From positions 128,001-192,000 of the forward strand of contig OZ220090.1 of assembly GCA_964291625.2 (NCBI GenBank): 64,000 nucleotides of DNA, given 5' to 3'. The DNA is from Candidatus Latescibacterota bacterium. GTDB lineage: Bacteria; Latescibacterota; UBA2968; UBA8231. Below are positions 8,744-18,758 of this stretch, in pieces. Under the pieces are notes generated by a model. That model saw only the letters and a program-made list of their open reading frames with translations. It did no database searches and was not told the DNA's origin. Position numbers and translations under genes: made by a program. Numbering within the stretch: the stretch's first letter is position 1; each line of letters begins with the position of its first letter.

Positions 8744-11700
8744 TCAGGGATCCCTGCGGCCGGCGTCGGAGAGAGGCCCTCCCGGCGGGGTCCGCTCGCG
8801 GTGCCAGGCGAGGAGGGCGAGGAAGAGCGGCGTCAGTCCGAAGAGGACCATGAGCACGCCGTTGATCCTGAAGTATCCGGCCTCGTACGCGAAGTACCGG
8901 ATGCCGAGGGGGACGAGGGAGCTCCAGGTCATCACCACGTAGAAGAGCAGGTTGAAGCGGATGTGCTTCCAGATCAGGTATCCCAGGATCAGCATCATCG
9001 GGAGGAATCCCGCAAGAAGGAATCCGGCGTGGTAGAAGTCCCTGGCCGGTGAGACGACGGACCGGAAGAGGAGGACGAGGACCACGCCCAGGACGAGCAG
9101 CCAGGTCCGGCCCGCGGTGCGCCGCCAGACGAACAGGACCCCGAGCAGCAGAGGGGGAATGAGGAGGATGCCGCTGACCTCGTCCATGAGCTCGCCGAGG
9201 GCGGGAAGCCAGGTGTTGATGCCGGCGGGGGTTCCGCCGGAGGCCGCGAGGTACTCCCCGAGGAAGGCCAGGTTCAGGTGGCCGGTGTACACGCCGAGGC
9301 CCCTGGAGATACCGAGGAAGCAAGCGACCAGGAAGACCACCTGGCACCAGAGGGCCGCGCTGCCGGCCCGAAGGCGGAGCACGTCGACCCATCCGGCGAG
9401 CTGCATCTCGCCGGGGCGTTCGCTGCGGAAGAAGGTGTCGCCGAGGGCGCCCGCGAGGAGGGCCATGATGGCGATGCCGGCGATCTTCACCGCGAGACTG
9501 ATGACCTCCTTGCCGAGGAAGGTGCCCAGGGCGACGCTGGTGTCGAAACCCTGGTAGAACACGGGCAGTTCGTTGAGGGCCTCGAAGAGGCTCAGCGCGG
9601 CGATGAGAAGGCCCAGGCGAAGGGGCAGACCCCACTTGACGTCCCCCCGGCGGTAGGCGCGCAGGAGGTGGATGACGCACAGGACGAGGGTGGTGAAGAT
9701 GGCGATGGTGCCAAGGGTCGATACGACCGAGCTCTTGGCCGTGCGCTCCCTCAGCTCGCGCAGGAATTCCTCGGGCGCCTTGTAGACCTTGTACCCGACG
9801 CCGATGCGGTCCCCCTGCACCGAGGCGATGACGCGGAACTCGCCGTCCTCGACCTTGATGTCGGTCCGTTCCCACACAAAGCTGTGGTCGACCCGGTTCT
9901 CGCGTTTGAAGGAGCGCCCTTCGAGGCGCTTGTAGAGTGTGGTATCGGACACGTCCCGCTCCAGGTACTGGCGCAGGAATTCCCGCGCCATGACCTCGGC
10001 CTTCTCGATCTCGAGTTCCGCGCCTTCCTGGCTCTCGGGGACGGCGTGGGAGAGGTAGGAGAACTCTCCCTGGCCGTCGATGCCGATGGTCAGCTCCTCC
10101 TTCTCGAGGGGGCGGAACCAGCGCACGTACCAGTGCCAGGAGGAGGTGTGCTCGGCGGCGAGCGTGTCCGCCCGCTCCGCTCCGGCCTTGCGCAGGAGAT
10201 GGGTGAAGTGGCCGGAGCCGAGGCTGCTGGAGAAGGACGCGGTCCGGCGGTAGCCCTCGAGCTCGAGGCCGAGCTGCTCCCGGATCTCCTCGGCCTTCTC
10301 GACGGCCTCGGCCCTGGGGATGAGGTGCTCGCGGGCGTACTCGCCGTATCGATAGGGCTTCAAGGCGAAGTACGCGGACCAGCCCGCCAGACCGAGGACG
10401 GCGAAGGTGATCAGGCCCTTTCGCGATACGAGGTAGTCCCGGGGCGTCTTGCGCTCCACCGGGGGGGCGTCCGGTGTCTCGGGTCTGTCCGGTTCCGGTG
10501 GAGGCGGGGGCTCCGGCTCGGCCGGGGCCGGACCGGCGGGCGGCGTTTCCTCGGGTTCATCGTCAAGGTCGCGGCGGCCCGTGACCAGGGCCCAGATGGC
10601 GGGAATCGCGGGAAGGACGATCACGGCGAGAGCCAGGAAGCCCGACGCTTTGAAGTACAGACTGTCCGACTGCATCATCGGGTAGGTGCCGAGGAAGCAG
10701 TTGTACACGTAGTGGGATACGACGGTCGTCCAGATGCCGAAGCGCAGGAAGACCACGCCGAAGACGACGCCGACCACGGTCAGCTCGAGGCCGCGGATGT
10801 AGATCGGCTCCTGGGCGTAGTTGGCGTGCAGGAAGGCCCAGACCACGCCGGGAAGGAGAACGGCCAGCCAGGGCCTGTTGAGCCAGCGAAGGAGGAGGGA
10901 GATGGCCGCGAGGCGAAAGAGGAACTCCTCCACGGTGGTGGCCACGAGGCCGGTCAGCAGGGGGTAGATCCAGGGCAGCCAGGTGCTGTAGGTGTTGCTG
11001 TACTCGGCTATCGCCGCCGGAGCCCACACCCCGAGGTACTCGTTCCCGAGGATGTAGAAGAGGGTGACGTATCCGAGGTGGGCGAAAGCCAGCCCGTAGC
11101 CGATGAGGACGACCCGGGCGAAAGCGGCGGACCGCCAGCGGCCCGGGGACAACCGGGCCAGGGGGTTGCGTCCGCTCACGTCCCGTGCGGCGGCGCCTCC
11201 GGCCGTACCGCACAGGATGATCAGGACGCCGAGCAGAGAGGCGGAGAGCAGGCCGGTGAAGAGGAAGTTGAGGATGAAGGAGACGTGCGACTGCGTCGTG
11301 TCGTACCCGAAGTACGAGAGGGGATAGCCGTTGAGGGACCCGACGTAGCTGAGGACTCCCGTCACGGCCCCGACGACGACGGGGACGCGCCAGCTCAACT
11401 CGCGCCGCCGGTACTTCCGCACGAGGAAGACGGCCGTGGCGATCATCAGGGCCGTGGCGATGGCCGACGCGACGTTGTAGATCAGGCCGGCCCGGGAACG
11501 GATCTCCCGGTACTCGCGGGCGAAGGTCTCCGGTACCTTGAGGTACTCCGAGAATCCGCCGGCCCTGTCGCCCTGTACCGACACCCAGAGCCGGTAGTGG
11601 CCGTCCTCCCCGGCGACCCAGTCCCGCTTCCGCCAGGTGAAGGTGTGGTCCCGGCGCGCCGGGCGGTCGACGCTCGAGGCCTCGATCGGCTCGTAGTCCT

Positions 11701-12196
11701 CGAGGGAGAAGCCCTGCACCTCGGTGAGGAAGGCCTCGGCCACGCCACGGGCCTCTTCCTGGGGCAGGCTGGCGCCCTCGTCGGACTCGAGGATGGCGTG
11801 GGTGAATCGCGTGACCCGCCCGCCGGGATCGATGCCGACCCGCAGCTCCTCCTTCTGCAGCGGCTTGAACCAGCGGATCTGCCAGGACCAGATCGAGATC
11901 CAGTCCTGCACGAGGCCGTTGGACTCGGCCAGCCCCAGGGTGCGCTCCAGGAAGACCTGGGCCAGCCCGGCGCGCGAGAAGATCTGGGCGCTCTCGTACT
12001 CCGAGAGGTCGTAGCCGAGGCGGTCCAGATAGCTCTCGGCCGCCTCGAAGGCCTGCTCGCGGTCGACCCGGAAGTTGAGGGAGGCCACGGGCCAGGCGCG
12101 GTCGTAGAGCCCGATGTAGCAGGCCAGGCCCAGGGCTCCCGCGGCCAGGAAGCCGAGGATCCAGAGGGTGTCGCGGCGGTGGGTCGGGGTTGTCAT
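8744..12196 (-). CDS. Large membrane protein with CPBP (Abi/CAAX) glutamic intramembrane protease domain
   Basis: EEFLFR, WAFLH, SHYVYN motifs. Many TMs and an internally duplicated extracytoplasmic module. Confidence 0.8.
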   Translation of the reverse strand: MTTPTHRRDTLWILGFLAAGALGLACYIGLYDRAWPVASLNFRVDREQAFEAAESYLDRLGYDLSEYESAQIFSRAGLAQVFLERTLGLAESNGLVQDWISIWSWQIRWFKPLQKEELRVGIDPGGRVTRFTHAILESDEGASLPQEEARGVAEAFLTEVQGFSLEDYEPIEASSVDRPARRDHTFTWRKRDWVAGEDGHYRLWVSVQGDRAGGFSEYLKVPETFAREYREIRSRAGLIYNVASAIATALMIATAVFLVRKYRRRELSWRVPVVVGAVTGVLSYVGSLNGYPLSYFGYDTTQSHVSFILNFLFTGLLSASLLGVLIILCGTAGGAAARDVSGRNPLARLSPGRWRSAAFARVVLIGYGLAFAHLGYVTLFYILGNEYLGVWAPAAIAEYSNTYSTWLPWIYPLLTGLVATTVEEFLFRLAAISLLLRWLNRPWLAVLLPGVVWAFLHANYAQEPIYIRGLELTVVGVVFGVVFLRFGIWTTVVSHYVYNCFLGTYPMMQSDSLYFKASGFLALAVIVLPAIPAIWALVTGRRDLDDEPEETPPAGPAPAEPEPPPPPEPDRPETPDAPPVERKTPRDYLVSRKGLITFAVLGLAGWSAYFALKPYRYGEYAREHLIPRAEAVEKAEEIREQLGLELEGYRRTASFSSSLGSGHFTHLLRKAGAERADTLAAEHTSSWHWYVRWFRPLEKEELTIGIDGQGEFSYLSHAVPESQEGAELEIEKAEVMAREFLRQYLERDVSDTTLYKRLEGRSFKRENRVDHSFVWERTDIKVEDGEFRVIASVQGDRIGVGYKVYKAPEEFLRELRERTAKSSVVSTLGTIAIFTTLVLCVIHLLRAYRRGDVKWGLPLRLGLLIAALSLFEALNELPVFYQGFDTSVALGTFLGKEVISLAVKIAGIAIMALLAGALGDTFFRSERPGEMQLAGWVDVLRLRAGSAALWCQVVFLVACFLGISRGLGVYTGHLNLAFLGEYLAASGGTPAGINTWLPALGELMDEVSGILLIPPLLLGVLFVWRRTAGRTWLLVLGVVLVLLFRSVVSPARDFYHAGFLLAGFLPMMLILGYLIWKHIRFNLLFYVVMTWSSLVPLGIRYFAYEAGYFRINGVLMVLFGLTPLFLALLAWHRERTPPGGPLSDAGRRDP

Positions 12197-12474
12197 TCTC
12201 GGGGGTTACCCTTCCGGCAGTCTCCGCCGACAAAAAGAGACATGTCGAGGGTGCGTGCCAAACGTGGGCACTGGCCCGGAGCGCGGCAGATCCTGTTCTT
12301 CTGCCCCTTCCCGCGCCGGGGCCCGCGATCACGGAGGATCCGCCCTTCGGCCGGGCGCCGGAGCCGGGGCGGGACCGGGGCGCAAGCGGATACAGGGAGA
12401 CGAAGAGTGGAGCAGGAGAGACGACGACAGATCCAGGGATCCCCTGGTGACCGGGGCACGAGGCCCCGGACTCG

Positions 12475-14094
12475 ATGAGCGACAGGACCCCCCACTCCAT
12501 GACCGGGTCCCGCGGCGTCGTGGCGGCCGAGTCCGAGCTGGTGGCCCAGGCCGGGGAGCGGATCTACGCCGAGGGAGGCAACGCCTTCGACGCGGCGGCC
12601 GCCGCCTGCCTGGCCTGCGCCGTGCGCCATCCCGACAAGAACGGCATCGGCGGCTATCTCATGGCGGCGGTGGTTCTGGAGGGCGACAGCGGCCGCGTGT
12701 GGTCCCTCGATGCCAACGCCCGGGCCCCCGCCGCCGCCCACGAGAGCATGTACGACGTCGGGCCCGTGGGCGACGGCCCGATGGGGACCAACGAGGACGA
12801 GTACGACTGCTCGGTCGCCGGTGACGCCAACGTCCACGGGCCGCTGGCGGTGGCCGTACCGGGGCAGATGGCCGGCATCGGCGCCCTGTGGGAGCGCTGG
12901 GGCCGCCTGCCGTGGCCGCGGATCGTGCAGCCCTCGCTGGACCTGGTGGCCGACGGCTTCCCCTTCGGCGCGGCCCTCCAAGCCTCGATCGCCGGGCTGG
13001 AGCCGGTGATCCGGCGGTTCCCGGCCAGCGCCGAGCACCTGCTGCCCGAGGGACGCGTGCCGTCGGCGGACGACGTCTGGCACCCCTCCGGCCTGGAGCC
13101 CACCCTGCGGCGGCTGGCCGAGGCCGGTTGGCGGGACTTCTACGACGGCGAGCTTGGCCGCGCCGTGGCCGACAGCGTCTCTCAGGCGGGGGGCGTGCTC
13201 ACCCGCCAGGACATGGCCGCCTTCCAGCCCGGCGTCACCGAGCCCTACCGGACACGCTACCGCGAGACGGAGATCCTCGGGGCGGTCCTGCCCAACGGGC
13301 CGCTCACCGTGATGCAGGCCCTGAACATGCTCGCCCGCTTCGAGCCGGCGCCGCCGTCGGACGTGGGGTTCTGGCACCGCGCGGCGGAGGTCCTCAAGCT
13401 CGCCTGGCGGGACCGGCTATCCTACCTCGGCGACCCCGACTTCGTGGACGTCCCCGTCGAGCGGCTGCTGAGCGAGGAGTACGCCTCCGGCCGCGTCGAG
13501 GACCTGCTGCGCTTCCCCGACCACGTCGACCAGCGGCCCTTCGCCGCCGGCGGCGGACGGCCCGAGACGAGCCACGTCTCGGCCGCCGACGCCGAGGGCA
13601 ACGTGGTCTCGGCCACCATCACCCAGGGCGGCTCCTTCGGCTCGGTCTTCACCGTGCCGGACCGCGGGATCGTCCTCGGCCACGGCATGTGCCGCCTCGA
13701 CCCGCGCCCGGGGCGGCCGAACTCGGTGGCCGGCGGCAAGCGCCCCCTGAACAACGTGATGACCATGGTCCTGCGGCTGCCGGAACGGGACGTGGCCCTC
13801 GGCATGCCCGGCGGCCGCCGCATCATCGCCGTGGGCACGCTGATGGCCCAGCGCATCGCCGACCACGGGGCGACCTCGGCCGAGGCCGCCCTGGCGCCGC
13901 GCCTGCACGTGACCGGCGCCGAGCCCCTGGAGCTTCAGGACACGGTGGACGGCGGGGTCGCCGCCGGGCTGGAGGCCCTGGGCCACCGGGTGCGGCGGGT
14001 GTCCCGCGTCGGGGGCCTCGCCGCGGGGGCCGAGTTCCTGCGCACCGGCGGCGGCCTGCGGGCCGGCGGCGGCGGCCGGGTCGCCGGCCTGTGA
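12475..14094 (+). CDS. Gamma-glutamyltransferase family protein
   Basis: GGNAFDAA, VAVPG, FYDGELG, nucleophile ETSHVSAAD, GKRP. Confidence 0.9.
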   Translation: MSDRTPHSMTGSRGVVAAESELVAQAGERIYAEGGNAFDAAAAACLACAVRHPDKNGIGGYLMAAVVLEGDSGRVWSLDANARAPAAAHESMYDVGPVGDGPMGTNEDEYDCSVAGDANVHGPLAVAVPGQMAGIGALWERWGRLPWPRIVQPSLDLVADGFPFGAALQASIAGLEPVIRRFPASAEHLLPEGRVPSADDVWHPSGLEPTLRRLAEAGWRDFYDGELGRAVADSVSQAGGVLTRQDMAAFQPGVTEPYRTRYRETEILGAVLPNGPLTVMQALNMLARFEPAPPSDVGFWHRAAEVLKLAWRDRLSYLGDPDFVDVPVERLLSEEYASGRVEDLLRFPDHVDQRPFAAGGGRPETSHVSAADAEGNVVSATITQGGSFGSVFTVPDRGIVLGHGMCRLDPRPGRPNSVAGGKRPLNNVMTMVLRLPERDVALGMPGGRRIIAVGTLMAQRIADHGATSAEAALAPRLHVTGAEPLELQDTVDGGVAAGLEALGHRVRRVSRVGGLAAGAEFLRTGGGLRAGGGGRVAGL

Positions 14095-15470
14095 GCGAGG
14101 CGCCGCAGCACCACACCGTCATCATCGTCGGCGGCGGTCCCGCGGGACTGCCCCTGGCCGTGGTCTTCGGCGGCTGGCACCCGTACTTCCGCCACAGCCC
14201 CGTCCTGCAGGAGCGCTACCCGCAGCTCGGCGACTACCTCCGCCATCACCCGGGCAGCCTCCTGAGCCTCGACTACCGCGCCCTCCTGCGGGCCGGCCTC
14301 CACCCGGCCGACCTGTTCCGCGTCCTCCATCACCCCCGGCAGTGGTTCAGCGGCCCCGAGCAGATCGCCCTGGAGTTCCGGCGCCACGAGCCCCTCGACT
14401 GCCTGCTGATCACCCAGGAGGAGGTCGGCGGCCTGTGGAACAACGTCCCCGAGAACCTGCTCACCCTCTCTCCCGGCCAGTGGATGGAGTTCCCCTTCTA
14501 CCCCCTGGCGCAGTGGGCCCGCGAGTCGGGGGACGACTTCGACGTGAACGAGCTGATCGTCAAGGGCCGCCTGATCGACTACTACCGCAGCATCCCCCGG
14601 CGCTTCGAGATCGAGGACAACATCCGCACCTGGGAGCGGGTGACCCGCGTCGAGCCCCACGAGAAGGGGTTCCTGGTGACCGCCGTCGACGTCTCCGACT
14701 GGGCCGACAAGGACCCCGTGCAGCTGCGGCGACCGGCCTTCCCGCAGCCGGCGGACGCCGTCGAGGAAGGCCGGGCCGAGCGCCTTTACACCTGCCGCTA
14801 CCTGGTCTACGCCGTGGGCCAGCGGTGCGAGCTGCGTTCCCTCGGGGTGCCGGGGGAGGAGCTGCCCTTCGTCACCCAGTTCTACGACCGGCCCGAGGAC
14901 TTCCCCGGCGAGCGCGTCCTCGTCGTCGGCGGCGGGCGGTCGGCGGACTGGGCGGCCACCGAGCTGCACGACGCCGGCCGCGAGGTGACCTACGTCATGC
15001 GCCAGTCACACGGCCGCCACTGGGCCCTGATCAACCAGAGCCGCGGCGGCCTGCCCTACTACGCCCGCATCGCCGAGATCCTCGAGGAGCCGTCGCCGCG
15101 CCTGCGGGCCCTCTACGACGCGCGGGTGGAGCGCATCGAGGAGGGCTCCGGCGGCGGTATGGTGACGCTGTCGCAGAACGGGCAGGTGCAGACGATCGAG
15201 GTGGACCACGTGCTCAAGGAGATCGGCGGCAGGGCGGACTACTCGCTGCTGAAGGGCTTCAAGAGCCCCCTGAGCCTGGTGGACAAGCACGACCCCTACC
15301 GCTTCCAGGTGAAGCAGATGCCGGTCCATCCCCACAGCGGCGAGTCCGTGGAGATCCCCGGCCTCTACCCCGGCGGCTATCTCGCCGAGGGCCTCGGCCT
15401 CGTGGTGATCGCCATGCACGGCACGACCTACGCGATCGCCGGCGACATCCTGCGCCGGGAGGGGCGCTGA
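14091..15470 (+). CDS. FAD-dependent oxidoreductase, OSGIN-like
   Basis: GTG start overlapping the ggt stop. VIIVGGGPAG and VLVVGGGRSA dinucleotide-binding motifs. GGLWNNVPENLLTLSPGQWMEFP. Confidence 0.75.
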   Translation: MSEAPQHHTVIIVGGGPAGLPLAVVFGGWHPYFRHSPVLQERYPQLGDYLRHHPGSLLSLDYRALLRAGLHPADLFRVLHHPRQWFSGPEQIALEFRRHEPLDCLLITQEEVGGLWNNVPENLLTLSPGQWMEFPFYPLAQWARESGDDFDVNELIVKGRLIDYYRSIPRRFEIEDNIRTWERVTRVEPHEKGFLVTAVDVSDWADKDPVQLRRPAFPQPADAVEEGRAERLYTCRYLVYAVGQRCELRSLGVPGEELPFVTQFYDRPEDFPGERVLVVGGGRSADWAATELHDAGREVTYVMRQSHGRHWALINQSRGGLPYYARIAEILEEPSPRLRALYDARVERIEEGSGGGMVTLSQNGQVQTIEVDHVLKEIGGRADYSLLKGFKSPLSLVDKHDPYRFQVKQMPVHPHSGESVEIPGLYPGGYLAEGLGLVVIAMHGTTYAIAGDILRREGR

Positions 15471-15496
15471 GGCTTGGCCCCGTCTCGCTGGAGGCT

Positions 15497-16516
15497 CTAC
15501 GCTCCGCCCACCTTCGGCAGGGCCGCCTCCAGCGCCGCGACCCCTTCCTCGGTGACGCCGTCGTTGTCGCCGACGTAGATCCACTCGAGCTGCTTCAGAC
15601 GCTGCAACAGCCGCAGCCCGGCGTCGGTGATGGCCGTCATCCCGAGGTCGAGGCCGGTGAGGGTGGGGGTCCGTTCCCACAGGGGAACGAGCTGCTCCAG
15701 GGCCGCGTCGTCGATGTTGCGGTTGCCTCCGTCGGACCCCCAGTTCATGACGATCGTGGCGAGGGGTTTGCCGTGCAGCTCGGCCACGCCCCGCCAGGTT
15801 ACGCCCCTGGGAATGAACATGTTCCTGAGGCGCGTGCACCGGGCCATGTGGGCCATGCCGGCGTCGGTGATCCGCTCGCTCGACAGCCGGATCTGCAACA
15901 GGGATTCGCCCCAGCCGCCGAAGACGGCCATGCTGGCGTCGGTGATCCGGCGCGAGGTACAGAAGAAGCTCTCCACCTTCGTCAGTCCCGAGAGATGGGC
16001 GATGCCCTCGTCGGTCAACCCGGGGATCCGGTGCAGGTCGAGGTGCCGGTGTCCCCGCATGCCGCCCAGCCAGCGCAGCCCCTCGTCGCTGATCGCGGCG
16101 CCTACTAGGCTGACCCAGACGAGGCCCCGCAGGCGTGACAGGTGTCGGCAGTCGTCGTCGGTCCACGCGACCGAGTTGTGCCAGCCGGTGAAGACGTACT
16201 GGAGGTCGCCCGGCTGCAGCAGGCTCAGTCCTTCGCCGAACCCTTCCACTCCCTCGGCGAGGGCGAGGCCGGCCTCCTGCCCCGCGGAGATGGAGACCGG
16301 ACCGCGCGCTTCCGCAACGCGGCGGAACCCCAGGTCTTCCCAGTCGCTGCGGTAGCCTCCCTCGACCGGGCTGCCCCAGTCTCTCGCGACGATCTCGCCG
16401 TATGCTCGGCCTTCGGGGAAGTGGATCACCCTCGGTCCCGGAGCTGGAGCCTCCAGGGCCGTGTACGGCGTCTCTCGGGGACGGCGAGGGGGCATGGGAG
16501 GGCTCCTCTTGGTCAC
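15497..16516 (-). CDS. Leucine-rich repeat (RNI-like) protein
   Basis: Repeated ITDAG/ISDEG LxxLxxL units. Confidence 0.8.
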   Translation of the reverse strand: MTKRSPPMPPRRPRETPYTALEAPAPGPRVIHFPEGRAYGEIVARDWGSPVEGGYRSDWEDLGFRRVAEARGPVSISAGQEAGLALAEGVEGFGEGLSLLQPGDLQYVFTGWHNSVAWTDDDCRHLSRLRGLVWVSLVGAAISDEGLRWLGGMRGHRHLDLHRIPGLTDEGIAHLSGLTKVESFFCTSRRITDASMAVFGGWGESLLQIRLSSERITDAGMAHMARCTRLRNMFIPRGVTWRGVAELHGKPLATIVMNWGSDGGNRNIDDAALEQLVPLWERTPTLTGLDLGMTAITDAGLRLLQRLKQLEWIYVGDNDGVTEEGVAALEAALPKVGGA

Positions 16517-16628
16517 TTGCTTTGCTCAGTGGCGGCCAGGACGCTATGCGGAGCCCACCCTGGGGGTGTGGCTACAGCGAAGCCTGGCGCCAAGCGGCCG
16601 GCGCCCCTCCCACAACTACCAATTCTGA

Positions 16629-17750
16629 CTATCTGGGCCGGACGGGAAGGAACCGCAGCTTCAGGGAAGCTTGTGCATAGGTTCCGGCCGTCCGACTCGC
16701 GGGAGGATCGACCACCTCAAGCATGGGAGGGTTGGCCAACTCGAGTGGTCTCAGAACCTGACGCTTATAGTGTGTCTCGCGGAATGCCGTCTCCGCTAGT
16801 ATGAATTCCTCGATCTCTTTGACCGACGCTTCGCGTCCCCCAAAGTGTGCGAGAAGCTCCGCCTGTAGGACGTCGTACCGAGGGGCGGTCTCAAACAGCA
16901 CGAGTTGGTCGGGATTGGTAGCATCCGAGAATCGGAATTCGCCCGCTTCGTCAACTTTCCACATAGCCTCCTTCATTCTCTTGAGCCCAAGGAGGCTGTT
17001 GGTCGCATGGAACAGGTAGTAATCGACAACGTCCTTCCTATTTCGCATCTCAAATGAACGCACATACTTGGCACAGGCAGACTCCCGCAATTGTCGAAGG
17101 TAGAGGTCATGTAGGAATCGATTGCGCCGATGGGGGTCGGGAAGCTGCAGCCCCTCTCGCCAATCTGACGTGCCGAAGAATACGTCGAAGTTATCCGTCT
17201 GGTCGGGATGTGCTAGGAACCGGTTGATTTCCTCGTACATGAAGGTGACGAGAACCTCGCAATTCCGGTTGCCCATGATTTCATGGACGACGGAGAAAGG
17301 AGCACCGGTCCACCCAAACGGATCGATGAATGCGAATGTTGGTGGCGCCGGCCTCCCTTGGGTTCTGTACGTACTGAGGATCCCGTCCATCGCCGTCTGG
17401 AAGCTATGACCGCCAATGACCTCAACTTGGAAGTTGTCCGGAAGCTCGACAGCGTCCACGATGGTCCTGAGCATGCCAGCACGCGCTGGGTCCTTCTCAA
17501 CGAAAACGAACCGGACCTCCGCTCTTCTCAAAGCTGGTTGATCCAGCGCCACGTCAAGCGCAATCACTGGGGAGCCCTCTTCTCCCCTGGAGTACCGGCC
17601 GGGCCCTGCGAAACCATCGATGTACATGACTTCGCGAAAACCGCCCTGCGCGAGGATCGGCATCCAAGCCTGGAGATAACGTCGTAGTATCTCGTGCTTC
17701 GCTCGCGTGTGCGGCTCGATGTCCCACACCGTCTTCCGTGGCGTACGCAT
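16629..17750 (-). CDS. tcmP: Three-Cys-motif partner protein TcmP (methyltransferase-like)
   Basis: HTRAKHEILRRYL, YIDGFAGPG, GSPVIAL, FAFIDPFG, MKEAMW. Adjacent to DUF5131. Confidence 0.88.
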   Translation of the reverse strand: MRTPRKTVWDIEPHTRAKHEILRRYLQAWMPILAQGGFREVMYIDGFAGPGRYSRGEEGSPVIALDVALDQPALRRAEVRFVFVEKDPARAGMLRTIVDAVELPDNFQVEVIGGHSFQTAMDGILSTYRTQGRPAPPTFAFIDPFGWTGAPFSVVHEIMGNRNCEVLVTFMYEEINRFLAHPDQTDNFDVFFGTSDWREGLQLPDPHRRNRFLHDLYLRQLRESACAKYVRSFEMRNRKDVVDYYLFHATNSLLGLKRMKEAMWKVDEAGEFRFSDATNPDQLVLFETAPRYDVLQAELLAHFGGREASVKEIEEFILAETAFRETHYKRQVLRPLELANPPMLEVVDPPASRTAGTYAQASLKLRFLPVRPR

Positions 17751-17800
17751 CACTATCAGCAGTCCTCGCGGAGGGATGCTCCCCGGTTTTGGTTACTGGT

Positions 17801-18556
17801 TTACTGTACCGTTTGGAGCGGGGTCGTCGATGAGAACAAATGTGGCCACTGATTCCACTCGCGGCCATCCAAGAGACGCCCGCCCGCTTTCGGTGTCGCT
17901 CCGCCCCACTGCTTGAAGAAGAAGGGGACGCCTGAGACTACACAACGATTCCTGATTTGGCGCGCCCAATCTGGGTGCATGTGACGGGCGCCAGGTCCGG
18001 ACTCGCCGCCGACAATGACCCAGTGGATGCCGCTGAGCTTGAGGCGCCTGATGGGTCCGATCAGGGGTTCCAGCGACAGAAAGCGCACTTGCGCAGCGGT
18101 ATCCGAGAGATGCCGAACCCTCGATAACTTGGTGCCGTCCTCCACCGAGACCCCAATCCAGATGTGGGCCGGCGCCGAGTTGTCCGCATACCGGGAGTTG
18201 ACGTACGCGCGGAGCCGAGAACTGCGCTTGGTGAGAACTTGAAAAATGTGCCAGTCAGCGCCCTCCATGGCTTCGAAGACCGCGTCGACGAAATCGCATG
18301 GTACGCTCTTGTGGAACAGATCGCTCATTGAATTGACGAAGATCATCCGAGGCCGACGCCAAGAGGCCGGCTGATGGAGCCGCTCCGGCCTGAGGGTGAG
18401 GTCAAAGCCATTCTCGAACGGATGGCCTCTCACCCCACGGAACCGCTCGGCTATCCGCTCGGCATAGCAGCGGTCGCAACCAGCACTGATCTTGGTACAT
18501 CCCGTCACCGGGTTCCAAGTCACGTCTGTCCATTCGATCGCGCTTGTGCCTGTCAT
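17801..18556 (-). CDS. DUF5131 (phage Gp37/Gp68) family radical-SAM-like protein
   Basis: IEWTDVTWNPVTGCTKISAGCDRCYA (Cx6Cx2C), FVNSMSDLFH, WVIVGGESG, FFFKQWGG. Confidence 0.93.
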   Translation of the reverse strand: MTGTSAIEWTDVTWNPVTGCTKISAGCDRCYAERIAERFRGVRGHPFENGFDLTLRPERLHQPASWRRPRMIFVNSMSDLFHKSVPCDFVDAVFEAMEGADWHIFQVLTKRSSRLRAYVNSRYADNSAPAHIWIGVSVEDGTKLSRVRHLSDTAAQVRFLSLEPLIGPIRRLKLSGIHWVIVGGESGPGARHMHPDWARQIRNRCVVSGVPFFFKQWGGATPKAGGRLLDGREWNQWPHLFSSTTPLQTVQ

Positions 18557-18758
18557 GGGCCCCAGCCTTGGTGGGTAGAACTACGTCCCAATAACCCCGC
18601 CCGCGAACCCCTAGCCTTCCTCTCTGAACAGCCGCACTGCGATTCAAGTAAATAAAGGTGCGCAAATGTGCAGTGTCAAGAGGATCATGAATTCGCTCTC
18701 AAGAGATGGACAATGCACTGCGAAAACGTGGTGCAGCACCGCCGGCGGTGTTCGGCGC

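Noticed and set aside
18645-18679. Promoter for DUF5131: minus-strand TTGACA with a weak dyad in the spacer
   Set aside because: No convincing -10 hexamer at 16-18 nt spacing, so not called.
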